Of a stretch of DNA of 64,000 nucleotides, positions 44,963 through 57,421 are shown one piece after another. The translations under genes and the position numbers were made by a program. The stretch is taken from positions 192,001-256,000 of the forward strand of contig CAWKHF010000001.1 of the NCBI GenBank assembly GCA_963849325.1. Reading direction: 5' to 3'. This stretch comes from an uncultured Planctomycetota bacterium (GTDB lineage: Bacteria; Planctomycetota; Planctomycetia; Gemmatales; Gemmataceae). Each line of letters begins with the position of its first letter. The first letter of the stretch is position 1. The notes under the pieces were generated by a model. It was given only the letters and a program-made list of their open reading frames with translations, had not been told where the DNA came from and ran no database searches.

Positions 44963-46031
44963 CTAGTACGTCGTGGGTTGGTAGCCGGTCGTCAGTTCGG
45001 GGCGACGGTGCCGCCACTTCGGTTCCTTGTTGACGGTGTTGTTGGTGATGCCGCGAAGCGTGCGGATCAGCCGGCCATACACGGCGATGAGCGCCGAGGA
45101 CACCGTACCGCCGGGCGGCTCGTCCATGAACGGCATGACCTTGTCCGGGAAGCCGGGCATGGTGCAGGCGATACAGATGCCGCCGACGTTGGGACAACCG
45201 CCGATGCCGTCCATCCAGCCGCGCTTGGTGACGTTGCAGTTGACCACCGGACCCCAGCAGCCGAGCTTCACCAGGCACTTGGGCGAACCGTACTCGTGGG
45301 CGAAGTCGGCCTGCTCGTAGTAGCCGGCGCGATCGCAGCCTTCGTGGACGGTCTTGCCGAACAGCCAGGTCGGCCGCAGCTGCTGATCGAGCGGGATGAT
45401 GGGGGCCAGCCCCGCCACGTGATAGAGGAGGTAGAGGAGCGTTTCCGTCATGTTGTCCGGCTGCACCGGACAGCCCGGCACGTTGACGATCGGCAGACCG
45501 GCCTTGGAGCGCCAGCCCCAGCCGAGGTAGTCGGCCAGCCCCATGCTGCCGGTCGGGTTGCCGGCCATGGCGTGGATGCCGCCGTAGGTGGCACAGGTCC
45601 CGGCGGCGACGACGGCCAGGGCCTTGGGCGCCAGCCGGTCAATCCAGTCGCAGAGGGTGATGGGTTGGCCGGTGCTCTTGTCGTAGCCCATGCCGGCCCA
45701 GTAGCCCTCGCTCTTGATTTTTTCGTTGGGGATCGAGCCTTCGACGACGAGGAGGAACGGACCCAGTTCGTCGCGGTCGGCGGCGTACCAATACTCCATG
45801 AACTCGTCGCCGTTCTCCACCGCCAGGCAGCGGTTGTGCAGGTGGACCTTGGGCAGACCGGGGATGGCGCCCAGGAGGATGTCCTCGAGGCTCGGCTGGG
45901 TGGCGGCGGTGACGGAGATCGTGTCGCCATCACAGCTCAATCCATCCGGCGTCCAGAGGATGTGGATCTCCTTGATGTCCGGTTCGCGCTGGGTCTTGCG
46001 CCCGATAGGGCGCCGCGTTCGCTTCGGCCAT
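44963..46031 (-). CDS. hhyS: [NiFe]-hydrogenase small subunit, no Tat signal (frameshift near start)
   Basis: 'GLSCDGDT', 'GTCATYGG', 'VPGCP', 'VHEGCDR', 'GGCPNVGGICIACTMPGFPD'. Confidence 0.9.
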
Positions 46032-46164
46032 GGTGGCTTCTCCTTTCTGCCCGGCCCACCGGGATCGACGTTCCGGATCAACCGGGAGGTTTCCCTTGAA
46101 CGGCGTAGCTGTGCTTGATGAGGGCGACGAATCCCTGACGGTCGCGGCTCGGAAGGAACTCGCT

Positions 46165-47261
46165 CTAGCAGATCCGCGGCAACTGCTCTCCCGCCAGCAT
46201 CGTCACCACGCGCTCGCCGCCGACCAGGGAGCGCAGGATCACCATGCCGGCGTGGTCCGCCACGACCTCGCCGATGACGGCGGCGTTCGTGTCCCAGCGG
46301 ATGGCGCTCGCATCGCTTGCCAGGACGCGGTCGGCGTCCTCCGGCGGAACGACGGCGATCAGCTTGCCCTCGTTGGCGACGTAGAGCGGATCGAGGCCGA
46401 GCATCTCGCAGGCGCCGCGGACCTCGGGACGGATCGGGATGCGCCGCCTCGTCCAGTTCGACGCCGACGCCGCGAGGCGGCGGCCAGCTCGTTGAGGGCC
46501 GCTGGACAGTCCGCCGCGCGTCGGATCGCGCATGCAGCGGGTGCGCGGACAGGCTTCCAGGATCGCCTCGGCCAGGTCCGTCAGCGCGGCGCGTGTCGCT
46601 CTCCAGCACCGTCTCGAACTCCAGCCCCTCGCGCACCGACATGATGGCGATGCCGTGATCGCCGAGCGTTCCCGAAACGAGGATGCGATCGCCGGGCCGG
46701 GCGTTGTGGATCGACAGCGACGCGTCCCTCCGGCACCAGGCCGATGCCGGACGTGGTGATGAACACGCCGTCGCCCTTGCCGCGGTCCACGACCTTGGTA
46801 TCGCCGGTGACCAGGGCCACGCCCGCCTCGTCGCACGCCTGCCGCATCGAGGCGACGATGCGTTGCAGGTCGGTCAGCGGCAGACCTTCTTCGAGGATGA
46901 AGGCGGCCGACAGGAACAGCGGCCGGGCGCCGCCGACGGCCAGGTCGTTGACCGTGCCGTGGACCGCCAGTCGGCCGATGTCGCCGCCGGGGAAGAACAG
47001 CGGCCGGACCACGAACGAGTCGGTGGTGAAGGCGATCCGCGGAGACTTCGCGCCGCCGTCGCCGCCGAGGTCCAGGGTGGCCTGGTCTTCCAGCGCTCCC
47101 AGCACGTCGTTGGCGAAGCCCGGCACGAACAGGCGCTGGATCAGGTCCGCCGTCAACTGGCCGCCGCTGCCGTGGCCGAGCAGGATGTGGTCGTACCGCG
47201 ACTGCGGCAGCGGGCAGGCGCCGAAGGGGAGAGCGGTCAGCGGGTCATCGTCGTCGGCCAT
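46165..47261 (-). CDS. hypE: Hydrogenase maturation protein (frameshifted)
   Basis: 'HGSGG', '[18 protein letters not shown]', 'TGDTKVV', C-terminal 'GEQLPRIC'. Confidence 0.93.
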
Positions 47262-47262
47262 G

Positions 47263-47863
47263 TTAGATCACGTCCTCCTCGCCGCGGATCACGTGGATCA
47301 GGTCCCAGAGGACGTGCAGCAGCGTCTCGTGCGTTTCCTGGATGCGGTGGATGCTGAAGCTGGGCACGGTGAAGCAGTAATCGCAGTACTCGGGCATCCG
47401 GCCGCCGTCGCGTCCGGAGAAGCCGACGGTCGAGCATGCCCATCTCGCGGGCCGCCTGCAAGGCGCGGTTGACGTTGGCCGACTTGCCGCTGGTGGAGAT
47501 GCCCAGGGCCATGTCGCCGCGCCGCGCCGAGCATCCGCAGTTGCTGGACGAAGGCCAGGGCGAAATCCTGATCGTTGCCGACGGCGGTCAGCAGGGCCGT
47601 GTCGGTGTTCAGCGCCAGCGCCGGCAGGGCCGGCCGCTTCTCGATGATCGGGTGCATGAACTCGACGGAGACGTGGGCCGCGTCGCACGACGAGCCGCCG
47701 TTGCCCATGACGAACAGCCGGCCGCCGGCGTCGAAGGCCTTGGCCATGGCCGTGCAGCAGGCGGCGATGCGATCCGCGTTGTCCGCGAAGAATTTTTCCT
47801 TCGTGGCCATGCTCTCGCGGCACTTGCGGAGGATCGCGTCGCGCAGCGCCGGTGTCAGCTCAT
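47263..47863 (-). CDS. GmhA-like SIS-domain sugar isomerase (frameshifted, start uncertain)
   Basis: '[11 protein letters not shown]', 'TAVGND', '[11 protein letters not shown]', 'IHRIQETH'. Confidence 0.82.
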
Positions 47864-47944
47864 GAGCGGCCTCCACGGCTGTCAAAATCGTCGTCGAGCC
47901 GCGACGCGTCAGCGACCGGAGCATCGCGCTCCGCTGCGCGGCGG

Positions 47945-49060
<1,116 letters not shown>

Positions 49061-49064
<4 letters not shown>

Positions 49065-49314
49065 GGCGGCGGGCACCTCCAGTTCGTCGAGTTGGTTCAT
49101 CTCCTCCAGGAACGCGAAGACGCGGCCCGCTTCCTCCTCGTCGATGCAGCGACAGGGCGAAGCCGACGTGAACGAGGACGTAATCGCCCGGCTGCGCCTC
49201 GGGGACGTGCTCCAGGCAGACGCGCTTGCAGATGCCGCTGAAATCGACCTTGCCCATGAGCACGTCGTTTTCGCGGTAGGTTTCGACCACCTTGCCGGGG
49301 ATGCCGAGACACAT
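49061..49314 (-). CDS. hypC: Hydrogenase chaperone
   Basis: 'MCLGIPG...[11 protein letters not shown]'. Confidence 0.93.
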
Positions 49315-49343
49315 CGTCGTTCCCCTGTCGACATGGCAGCCGC

Positions 49344-51677
49344 TCAGCGCGCAAGCGGGCCGCGGCGACGGCCAGTTGTCCGAGGCTCAGGCCGCCGTCG
49401 TTGGGCGGCACCAGGCGATGACGGTACACGCGAAAGCCCTCGCCGCCGAGCCGCGCGCTCACTTCGCGGGTGAGCAGCGCATTCAGGAAGACGCCGCCGC
49501 TGAGGACCACGGCCTCGATCCCGGTCGTCTGCCGAAGCCGGCCGACAGACCGCGGCGATGAGTTCGACCAGCGTCGAATGGAAGCGCCGGGCGATGAGCG
49601 CCGCCGGACTCCCTTGCGCCGCCTCTTCCGCGACCGCCCGGATCAGAGGCCGGGTATCGACGACCAGCGGCGCCTCGCGTCTGTCCCTGCCGAGGCGGAT
49701 CGAACGCGAAGGGATAGGTCCGATCGGGCGGCACTCCCGTCCGCCAGCCATTCCAGTTCCACCGCCGCCTGCCCTTCGTAGCTGACGCGGTCGCGAACGC
49801 CGGCCAGGGCGGCGACGGCATCGAAGAGCCGCCCCACGCTGGAGGTGAGCGGCGTGTTGAAGCGCCGCTCCAGCATCCGTTGGATCATGCTCCACTTCGG
49901 CGGCAAAAGCCGTGCCGTCAGCGGCGCGAACTCGACCTCCGGCGTCCGCGAGATGGGCCACCGCCATGCGCCACGGCTCGCGGATGGCCTGGTCGCCGCC
50001 CGGCATGCCGACGTAGCGCAGATGCGCCGCCCGCCGGAACTGCCGGTAATCGCCGACGAGGAACTCGCCGCCCCAGACGGCGCCGTCGGTGCCGAAGCCG
50101 GTGCCGTCGAACGTGACGCCGATGACCGGCTCCGTCAGTCCGTGCTCCGCCATGCAACTCGCCATGTGCGCATGGTGATGCTGAACGGCGAGCAGCTCCG
50201 TTCCCGTCCGCTCCGCCCGCTGCCGCGCGTAGCGGGTCGTGACGTAATCGGGATGCAGATCGTGGACCAGGCACTCGCGGCGTGACGGCGAACAGTTGCT
50301 GGTAGAGGGCGACGTCCTTCTCGAACGCCCGGTAGGCGTCGTAGTGATCGAGGTCGCCCAGGTGATGGCTGAGGAACGCCTGCCGGCCGCGGCCGAGGGC
50401 GAACGTCGCCTTGAGCTGTCCGCCCGACGGCCAGGATCGGCCGCGGACAGGCCAACGGCAGCTCGATCGGCCGGGGGGCGTAGCCGCGCGAGCGCCGCAG
50501 CGGCAGCTCGATGCCATCGACGACGCGCGTGACCGAGTCGTCGCAGCGGACGTGGATCGGCCGGTCGTGGACCAGGAACAGGTCGGCGATGCCGGCCAGC
50601 TTCTGCGCACGGCGTCGTCCTGGTAGGCGATGGGCTCGTCGGAGCGGTTGCCGCTGGTCATGACCAGCGGGATGCCGCCGACGGCCCGCAGCAGGAGATG
50701 GTGCAGCGGCGTATACGGCAGCATCACGCCGAGCCAGGGATTGCCCGGCGCGACCTCTTCCGGCGAACGGCCGGCGTCAGTCGCGTCCTCCTCACCAGCG
50801 GCTGACGCCGGCCGTTCGCCGTTCAGCAGGACGATGGGACACGACGGCGACAGCAGCAGCGCGCGCTCGACGGGTCCGACTTCGCGCGAGGGCGTCGGCG
50901 GCGGCGACGTCCGCGACCATGACGGCGAACGGCTTCTCGTCGCGGTGCTTGCGCCGCCGCAGTTCGGCGACGGCCGCGGCGTTCCGTGCATCGCAGGCCA
51001 GGTGATAGCCGCCGAGCCCTTCAGTGCCCCGATCTGCCCGGCACACAAGGCGGCGGCGAAGACGGCGAGCGGGTCCGCGGCCGCGATCGGTTGGCCGGCC
51101 GCGTCGAGCAGACTGCAGGCGCGGGCCGCAGGCCGGCGCAGGCGGTCGGCTGGGCGTGGAAGCGGCGGTTGCGCGGGGTCGTCGTACTCCGCCCGGCAGG
51201 CGGCACACATGGCGAACGCGGCCATCGTCGTCCGCTGGCGGTCGTAGGGAGCGCCGGTGATGATCGTCAGACGCGGTCCGCAGTTGGTGCAGTTCAGGAA
51301 GGGATAGCCGTAGCGCCGGTCGGCGGGGTCGAGCAGCTCCGCCAGGCAGTCCGGGCAGGTGGCCACGTCGGGCGAGATGAAGACCGGGCTCGCCGCGTCG
51401 GCCTCGCTGGACTCGATGCGGAACTGACGTTCGCCTCGCGGCGCCCGTTGTTCCCAGGACGAGATGCTCGATGTGCGCCAGCGGCGGCGGTCGTTCGGCC
51501 AGTTCGGCCAGGAAGCGACGCCAACGCCGGCGGCTCGCCTTCGACTTCGATCAGGACGCTGCCCGTCTGGTTCTTGACGAAGCCGCGCAGGCCGAGCCGC
51601 GTGGCGAGGTTGTACACGAACGGACGGAAGCCGACTCCCTGCACGATGCCGCGGACCACGATCGCTCGGCGTTCCAT
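49344..51677 (-). CDS. hypF: Carbamoyltransferase (several frameshifts)
   Basis: '[12 protein letters not shown]', 'CPDC...NCTNCGPR', 'MLPYTPLH', 'DGTGFG.DG..WGGE', '[11 protein letters not shown]'. Confidence 0.93.
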
Positions 51678-51971
51678 AACGGCGACCTTCCGGCAGATAG
51701 GAAACATTGCCAGGCATGCCGTCTTTCGCTCTCACCTGACAAGGCATCGACAGCGAAACAACCCCGATTATACATTCCGCCGTCGCGTGAGGCCATCGTG
51801 GGCGAACGGTGCGCCGTCTCACGGCGGCCCCAGCACAGCGAGGACGGATGGCGGACGCAAACCCCACCCGGAAAAGAACTACGAACCTTGAATCGGAAGC
51901 CGTTTCCGGCGACAATACTTCCCACGCGCCGGAAGACTTCCAGCCAGACGGCAACGGGAGAGCCAGGGACC

Positions 51972-54350
51972 ATGAACGAAGCCGACACCTGCCGGATGCT
52001 CGTTCGGCCCAAGCTGGAAGCGGCAGGCTGGGACGGCAACAAGCACTTCTACAGCGAACAGACGCCGTTCACCGACGGCCGGATTATCGTCCCGGCAGGC
52101 AAGCCTCGCCGGCTCAAGAAGAAGTACGCCGACTTCCTGCTCCGCTACACGCGCGACATGACCCTGGGCGTCGTCGAGGCGAAGTCCGACAAGCGGTCGG
52201 CCGGCGACGGTCTTCAGCAGGCCAAGGACTACGCGGAGATCCTTGGACTGAAGTTCGCCTACGCCACCAACGGCACCGAGATCCTCGAGTACGACTTCTT
52301 CACCGCGCGGGAGAGCGAGAGGGAACGCTTTCCCCCTCCCGACGAACTCTGGTTCCGCTACCAGCAGGGCCAGGGGCTGACCACGGCGACCGCCAACGCT
52401 CTCCTCGCCCCGTTCTTCCATCAACCCGGTCGAGAGCCTCGCTATTACCAGCGGATCGCCATCCAGCGCGCCGTCGAAGCGATCCTGGGCGGCAAACCGC
52501 GATCGCTCCTGACCATGGCCACGGGTACGGGCAAGACCCTCGTGGCTTTTCAAATTTGCTGGAAGCTCTGGTCGGCCGCCTGGAACCGCAAGGGCGACCA
52601 TCGCAAACCGCGCATCCTGTTCCTGGCGGATCGGAACGTTCTCGTCGATGATCCCAAGGACAAGACGTTCGCTCCTTTCGGCGATGCCCGCCACAAGATC
52701 GAGAAGGGCGAGGCGATCAAGAGCCGGGAGATGTACTTCGCCACCTATCAGTCCATCGCCCGGGACGAACGCCGGCCGGGACTGTTCCAGGAATACGCCC
52801 CGGATTTCTTCGACCTCATCGTCGTGGACGAGTGCCATCGCGGCTCGGCCCGCGACGAGAGCAACTGGCGGGACATCCTGGAATACTTCGAGCCGGCCTA
52901 TCAGCTCGGCATGACGGCCACCCCGCTCCGGGAGGACAACCGCGATACCTACCTCTACTTCGGCAATCCGCTCTACACCTACAGCCTCAAGCAGGGCATC
53001 GCCGATGGGTTCCTGGCCCCGTACCGAGTGCATCGGATCCTGACGACCTACGATGCCGCCGGCTGGCGGCCGAACAAGGGACAGCTGGACATTCATGGTC
53101 GAGAAATCCCCGACGCCGAATACCACACCAAGGACTTCGAGCGGACGGGAGGCGTGTCCCTCCAGGCCCGCACCGAGGCCATCGCCCGGCACCTCACGGA
53201 CTTTCTCAAGAAGACCGACCGCTTCGCCAAGACCATCGTGTTCTGCGTCGATCAGGAACATGCCGACCAGATGCGGCGGGCCCTCAACAATCTCAACACC
53301 GACCTGGCTCAAGAGGCCAGGCGGCGGGGAGAAGAGTACGTTGCCCGCGTCACCGCCGACGAGGGCGACATCGGCCGCGGCTTCTTGAGCAAGTTCCAGG
53401 ATCCCGAAGAACGCTATCCGGTCATCCTCACCACGTCGCAGCTGCTCACGACCGGAGTGGATGCCCCGACCTGTCAGAACGTCGTGCTGGTCCGGGTCAT
53501 CGGCTCCATGACCGAGTTCAAGCAGATCATCGGCCGGGGCACCCGCGTCCGCGACGACAAGGGCAAGCTCTTCTTCAACATCCTCGACTACACCGGATCG
53601 GCCACGCGGATGTTCGCCGATCCGGATTTCGACGGCGAACCCAGTCTCGTCCGCCAGGAAGAAATCGACGACGCCGGCAAGACCGTCGAAGGCTCCGAGG
53701 AGAATATCGCGGAGCAGACCCAACCGTTCGAGGAGGAAGAGACGGGTATTCCGCGGTACGACGACGAACCGCATGAGCCTCGCAAGTACTACGTCAAGGG
53801 CGGGAAGGTGGGGATCGACACGGAAGTGACCCTGGACCTCGATGCCGACGGCGGCAAACTACGGACGGTCCAGATCGCCCAGTACGCCGCCGACACCGTT
53901 CGGACGCTCTACACCGATCCGGACGACCTGCGCACGAAGTGGTCCGACTTCGAGCAACGGTCGGCCCTCATCGAGATGCTGGAACAAAAAGGCATCGACT
54001 TCAACGAGCTAGCGGCTTCCGCCGGCACGCCGGACGCCGATCCGTTCGATCTGCTCTGCCACCTGGCCTACAACGCTCCGCTCTTGACCCGGAAGCAGCG
54101 GGCCGAAAAACTCCGCAAGAATAAGAAGGACTTCTTCGATCAGTTCGGCCCCGAGGCTCGGACCATCCTCGACGAGCTGCTGGACAAGTATGCCGAGCAT
54201 GGCACGGCCCAGTTCACCCTCCCCGATGTGTTCGAGGTGCCGCCGATCTGCCAACATGGCAACCTCAAGGAGATCGCCTCGAAGTTCGGCGGGACCGACA
54301 AGCTGGTGGAGGCGTTCGGCAAGCTTCAGGAATATCTGTACGTGGCGTAA
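51972..54350 (+). CDS. hsdR: Type I restriction enzyme R subunit (EcoEI-like)
   Basis: 'VVEAK', 'MATGTGKT', 'DECHRG', 'GMTATP', 'LTTGVDAP', 'QIIGRGTR'. Confidence 0.93.
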   Translation: MNEADTCRMLVRPKLEAAGWDGNKHFYSEQTPFTDGRIIVPAGKPRRLKKKYADFLLRYTRDMTLGVVEAKSDKRSAGDGLQQAKDYAEILGLKFAYATNGTEILEYDFFTARESERERFPPPDELWFRYQQGQGLTTATANALLAPFFHQPGREPRYYQRIAIQRAVEAILGGKPRSLLTMATGTGKTLVAFQICWKLWSAAWNRKGDHRKPRILFLADRNVLVDDPKDKTFAPFGDARHKIEKGEAIKSREMYFATYQSIARDERRPGLFQEYAPDFFDLIVVDECHRGSARDESNWRDILEYFEPAYQLGMTATPLREDNRDTYLYFGNPLYTYSLKQGIADGFLAPYRVHRILTTYDAAGWRPNKGQLDIHGREIPDAEYHTKDFERTGGVSLQARTEAIARHLTDFLKKTDRFAKTIVFCVDQEHADQMRRALNNLNTDLAQEARRRGEEYVARVTADEGDIGRGFLSKFQDPEERYPVILTTSQLLTTGVDAPTCQNVVLVRVIGSMTEFKQIIGRGTRVRDDKGKLFFNILDYTGSATRMFADPDFDGEPSLVRQEEIDDAGKTVEGSEENIAEQTQPFEEEETGIPRYDDEPHEPRKYYVKGGKVGIDTEVTLDLDADGGKLRTVQIAQYAADTVRTLYTDPDDLRTKWSDFEQRSALIEMLEQKGIDFNELAASAGTPDADPFDLLCHLAYNAPLLTRKQRAEKLRKNKKDFFDQFGPEARTILDELLDKYAEHGTAQFTLPDVFEVPPICQHGNLKEIASKFGGTDKLVEAFGKLQEYLYVA

Positions 54351-54370
54351 GAGTCACCAACCAAATGCAA

Positions 54371-54462
54371 TTTGACCACGGATAACACGGATAAAACGGA
54401 TAAAACCAAAGAAGCATTCTGGTTTTCTTTATCCGTTTTATCCGTGTTATCCGTGGTTCAAA
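54371..54462. repeat. 9-bp-unit inverted-repeat element between hsdR and hsdM
   Basis: accacggataacacggataaaacggataaa ... tttatccgttttatccgtgttatccgtggt. Confidence 0.85.
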
Positions 54463-54499
54463 ATTCATTGGGTTCGTGGCCCGAAGAGACGGATGATTC

Positions 54500-56038
54500 A
54501 TGCCCCGAAGCAAGACCCGGAACGATCGACCCCTGACGACCGCCCAGCGGCTGGGCAGCCTCGTCAAGTCCGCCCGCGACATCATGCGCAAGGACAAGGG
54601 ACTCAACGGCGACCTGGACCGGTTGCCGATGCTCACCTGGGTCATGTTCCTCAAGTTCCTGGACGACACGAAGCATCCGAGAAGGCCGGGCCAGGATGAA
54701 GCAGGAGAAGTACCGGCCGGCGATCGAGGCGCCCTATCGCTGGCGCGATTGGGCGGCCCAGGAAGACGGCATCAGCGGCGACAACCTTCGGAACTTCATC
54801 AATCAGGAGGAAACCGTACTGCCCGACGGAAGCAAGGGGCCGGGACTGATCGCCTACCTGCGTGGCTTGCAGGGAAGCAACGGGGACGACCGCCGGGACG
54901 TTATCGCGCTCCGTCTTCAGCGGCGTCGCCAACCGCATGGAGTCGGGCTACCTGCTGCGCGACGTGATCAACAAGGTCAACGGCATCCACTTCGACAGCA
55001 CCGAGGAGATTCACACTCTCGGCCATCTGTACGAATCCATGCTGAAGGAGATGCGCGACGCCGCCGGCGACTCCGGCGAGTTCTACACGCCGCGCGCCGT
55101 CGTCCGCTTCATGGTCGCCGTGACCGATCCGCGGCTCGGCGAGAAGGTGCTGGACCCGGCCTGCGGCACCGGCGGCTTCCTGGTCGAGACGTACGCCCAT
55201 CTGGAGAAGCAGTGCCAGACGGTCCAGCAGCGACGACTCCTGCAGGAAGAGAGCATCTTCGGCGGCGAGGCCAAGCCGCTGCCCTACATGCTCTGCCAGA
55301 TGAACCTGCTGCTGCACGGCCTGGAATCCCCGGACATCGCCAAGGGCAACAGCCTGGAGCAGAAGCTGACCGAAATCAAGGATTCCGACCGCGTGGACGT
55401 GATCCTGACCAATCCGCCCTTCGGCGGCGAGGAGGAACGCGGCATCCAGGGCAACTTCCCCGAGGACAAGCAGACGGCGGAGACGGCCCTGCTGTTCCTT
55501 CAGCTCATCATGCGGAAGCTCCGGATCACGCCCAAGCCGGGCCGGGCCGGCGTCGTCGTTCCCAACGGCACCCTCTTCGGCGACGGCGTTTGTGCTCGGA
55601 TCAAGCAGGAGCTGCTGACGAAATTCAACCTGCACACCATCGTCCGGTTGCCCAACGGCGTCTTCGCCCCGTACACCAGCATCCCCACGAACCTGCTCTT
55701 CTTCGACCGCAGCGGCCCCACCGAGCACATCTGGTATTACGAGCAGCCGTTGCCGGAGGGCAAGAAGAACTACACGAAGACCGCGCCGCATCCAGTTCGA
55801 GGAGTTCGCCGATTGCATCACGTGGTGGGGCAAACGCAAAGAGAACGAACGGGCCTGGAAGGTGCCCGTCGAAAAGATCCTGGACAACAACTGCAATCTC
55901 GACCTCAAGAACCCGAATGCCAGGGACGACTTCGAGCATCTGCCCCCGGAGCAGTTGGCGGACGACATTCTTCAGAAGGAACTCCGTATCGCGGAGATCA
56001 TGCGGGAGATCAAGGACCTCCTGGGGAGGGCGCCATGA
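54500..56038 (+). CDS. hsdM: Type I R-M methyltransferase (frameshifted)
   Basis: 'GEFYTPR', 'LDPACGTGGF', 'TNPPFGG'; ATGA overlap with hsdS. Confidence 0.92.
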
Positions 56039-57177
56039 GCACTTGGCAGAGGGTGCCCCTAGGAGAATTGCTGACTCACCGTAAAGAGTTCATCGAGATC
56101 AACGACCTTGAAACGTACAAGCGTTGCCGGGTCCAGTTACATGCCCAGGGGATCGTCGTCCGCGATCAGGTTTCTGGGGCCGAGATCAAGACGAAGCAGC
56201 AACAAGTCTGTCGAACTGGGGAGTTCCTGGTCGCCGAGATTGATGCAAAGCTCGGCGGATACGGGATTGTCCCGAACGACCTGGAAGGAGCCATCGTCAG
56301 CAGCCACTACTTCTTGTTCAGCATCAACGAGGAAAAGTTGGATCGCCGCTTCCTCGGTTACTTCATCCGAACGCCGGCGTTCTTCGAGCAAGTCGCTGCA
56401 CAGGGATCCACAAACTACGCTGCGATCCGGCCCGGACACGTCCTTCAGTATACGATTCCTCTCCCGCCACTGACCGAGCAGCGGCGACTGGTCGAGCGAA
56501 TCGATTCACTCGCTGGCAAGATCGACGCTGCCCAAACAGGAACGACCGAGATCGATAATCAGAATACAAGACTCTTGATGGCTTCCTTCAATCGGGTCAC
56601 AAAGGACGCCTGCCGACGACCTTTGGGGGAAGTAGCTCCCCTTACTCGGCGGCCTGCACATATCGATCTATTGCAAGAATATCCCCAGGTGTCTGTTCGG
56701 TCATTTGGCCGAGGGACTTTTCACAACCCTCCTCTGAAGGGGAGTGAAATCACTTGGGAGAAGCCCTACCTCGTCAAAGCTGGCGACATCTTGATTAGCA
56801 ACATCAAGGCGTGGGAAGGAGCTATTGCGGTTGCCAAACAAGAGGATGACGGTCGCTTCGGTTCCCACCGTTACTTGACTTATGTACCTGTCCCAGGTGT
56901 CGCCACGGCCAGGTTCCTTTGCTTCTTCATGCTCACGCCCGAAGGGCTTTACCATGTAGGAGAAGCCTCTCCCGGTAGTGCTGACCGGAATCGGACCACC
57001 AGTGCGAAGGGTCTTCTGGAAATTCCTGTCCCGGTGCCGAGCTATGAACAACAGGTCTGGTTTGGAGAGCTTCACGACAAGGTCGAGGCCGTTAGGGAGT
57101 TCCAGGCTCAAACTACTGCCGGACGATCAGCCATGCTTACGGCGATCCTCGACCGGGCCTTCCGTGGGGAGCTATAA
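56035..57177 (+). CDS. hsdS: Type I R-M specificity subunit
   Basis: Two TRD units ending 'IPLPPLTEQRRL' and 'VPVPSYEQQ', C-terminal 'ILDRAFRGEL'; visibly lower GC. Confidence 0.88.
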   Translation: MSTWQRVPLGELLTHRKEFIEINDLETYKRCRVQLHAQGIVVRDQVSGAEIKTKQQQVCRTGEFLVAEIDAKLGGYGIVPNDLEGAIVSSHYFLFSINEEKLDRRFLGYFIRTPAFFEQVAAQGSTNYAAIRPGHVLQYTIPLPPLTEQRRLVERIDSLAGKIDAAQTGTTEIDNQNTRLLMASFNRVTKDACRRPLGEVAPLTRRPAHIDLLQEYPQVSVRSFGRGTFHNPPLKGSEITWEKPYLVKAGDILISNIKAWEGAIAVAKQEDDGRFGSHRYLTYVPVPGVATARFLCFFMLTPEGLYHVGEASPGSADRNRTTSAKGLLEIPVPVPSYEQQVWFGELHDKVEAVREFQAQTTAGRSAMLTAILDRAFRGEL

Positions 57178-57259
57178 TCATGGCCGAACGGCTCCTGAAC
57201 GGAAGTGTTCGTCCGCCGGAATCTACCGAGTCTGACCTTTTCCCCTGCTACCAAGGCAG

Positions 57260-57332
57260 TGGGGCCTCCCGGATTCGAACCGGGAACCAAGCGATTATGA
57301 GTCGCCTGCTCTGACCGTTGAGCTAAGGCCCC
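57260..57332 (-). tRNA. tRNA-Ile2 (anticodon CAU, lysidine type); CCA not encoded
   Basis: Reverse complement GGGGCCTTAGCTCAACGGTCAGAGCAGGCGACTCATAATCGCTTGGTTCCCGGTTCGAATCCGGGAGGCCCCA; anticodon arm matches ileX-type tRNAs. Confidence 0.9.
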
Positions 57333-57421
57333 TTGGTGCGATGTGTGCAAACGGTGCCCGATCCGCTTGCTCCCCACTTTAACGGCTCCCTCAACCAAGG
57401 GCAACAGGATGACGCAGCGAT

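Noticed and set aside
44963-46642. Apparent HypE-HhyS fusion or long small-subunit leader
   Set aside because: Frameshift read-through; hhyS has its own SD and ATG at 46031
54862-57177. Apparent HsdM-HsdS fusion (771 aa)
   Set aside because: A frameshift near 55790 joins the frames; hsdM ends naturally in an ATGA overlap with hsdS at 56035..56038
57260-57332. tRNA-Met call from the CAT anticodon
   Set aside because: It lacks the initiator GGG/CCC anticodon stem, and the arm GGCGACTCATAATCGCT matches ileX-type tRNA-Ile2
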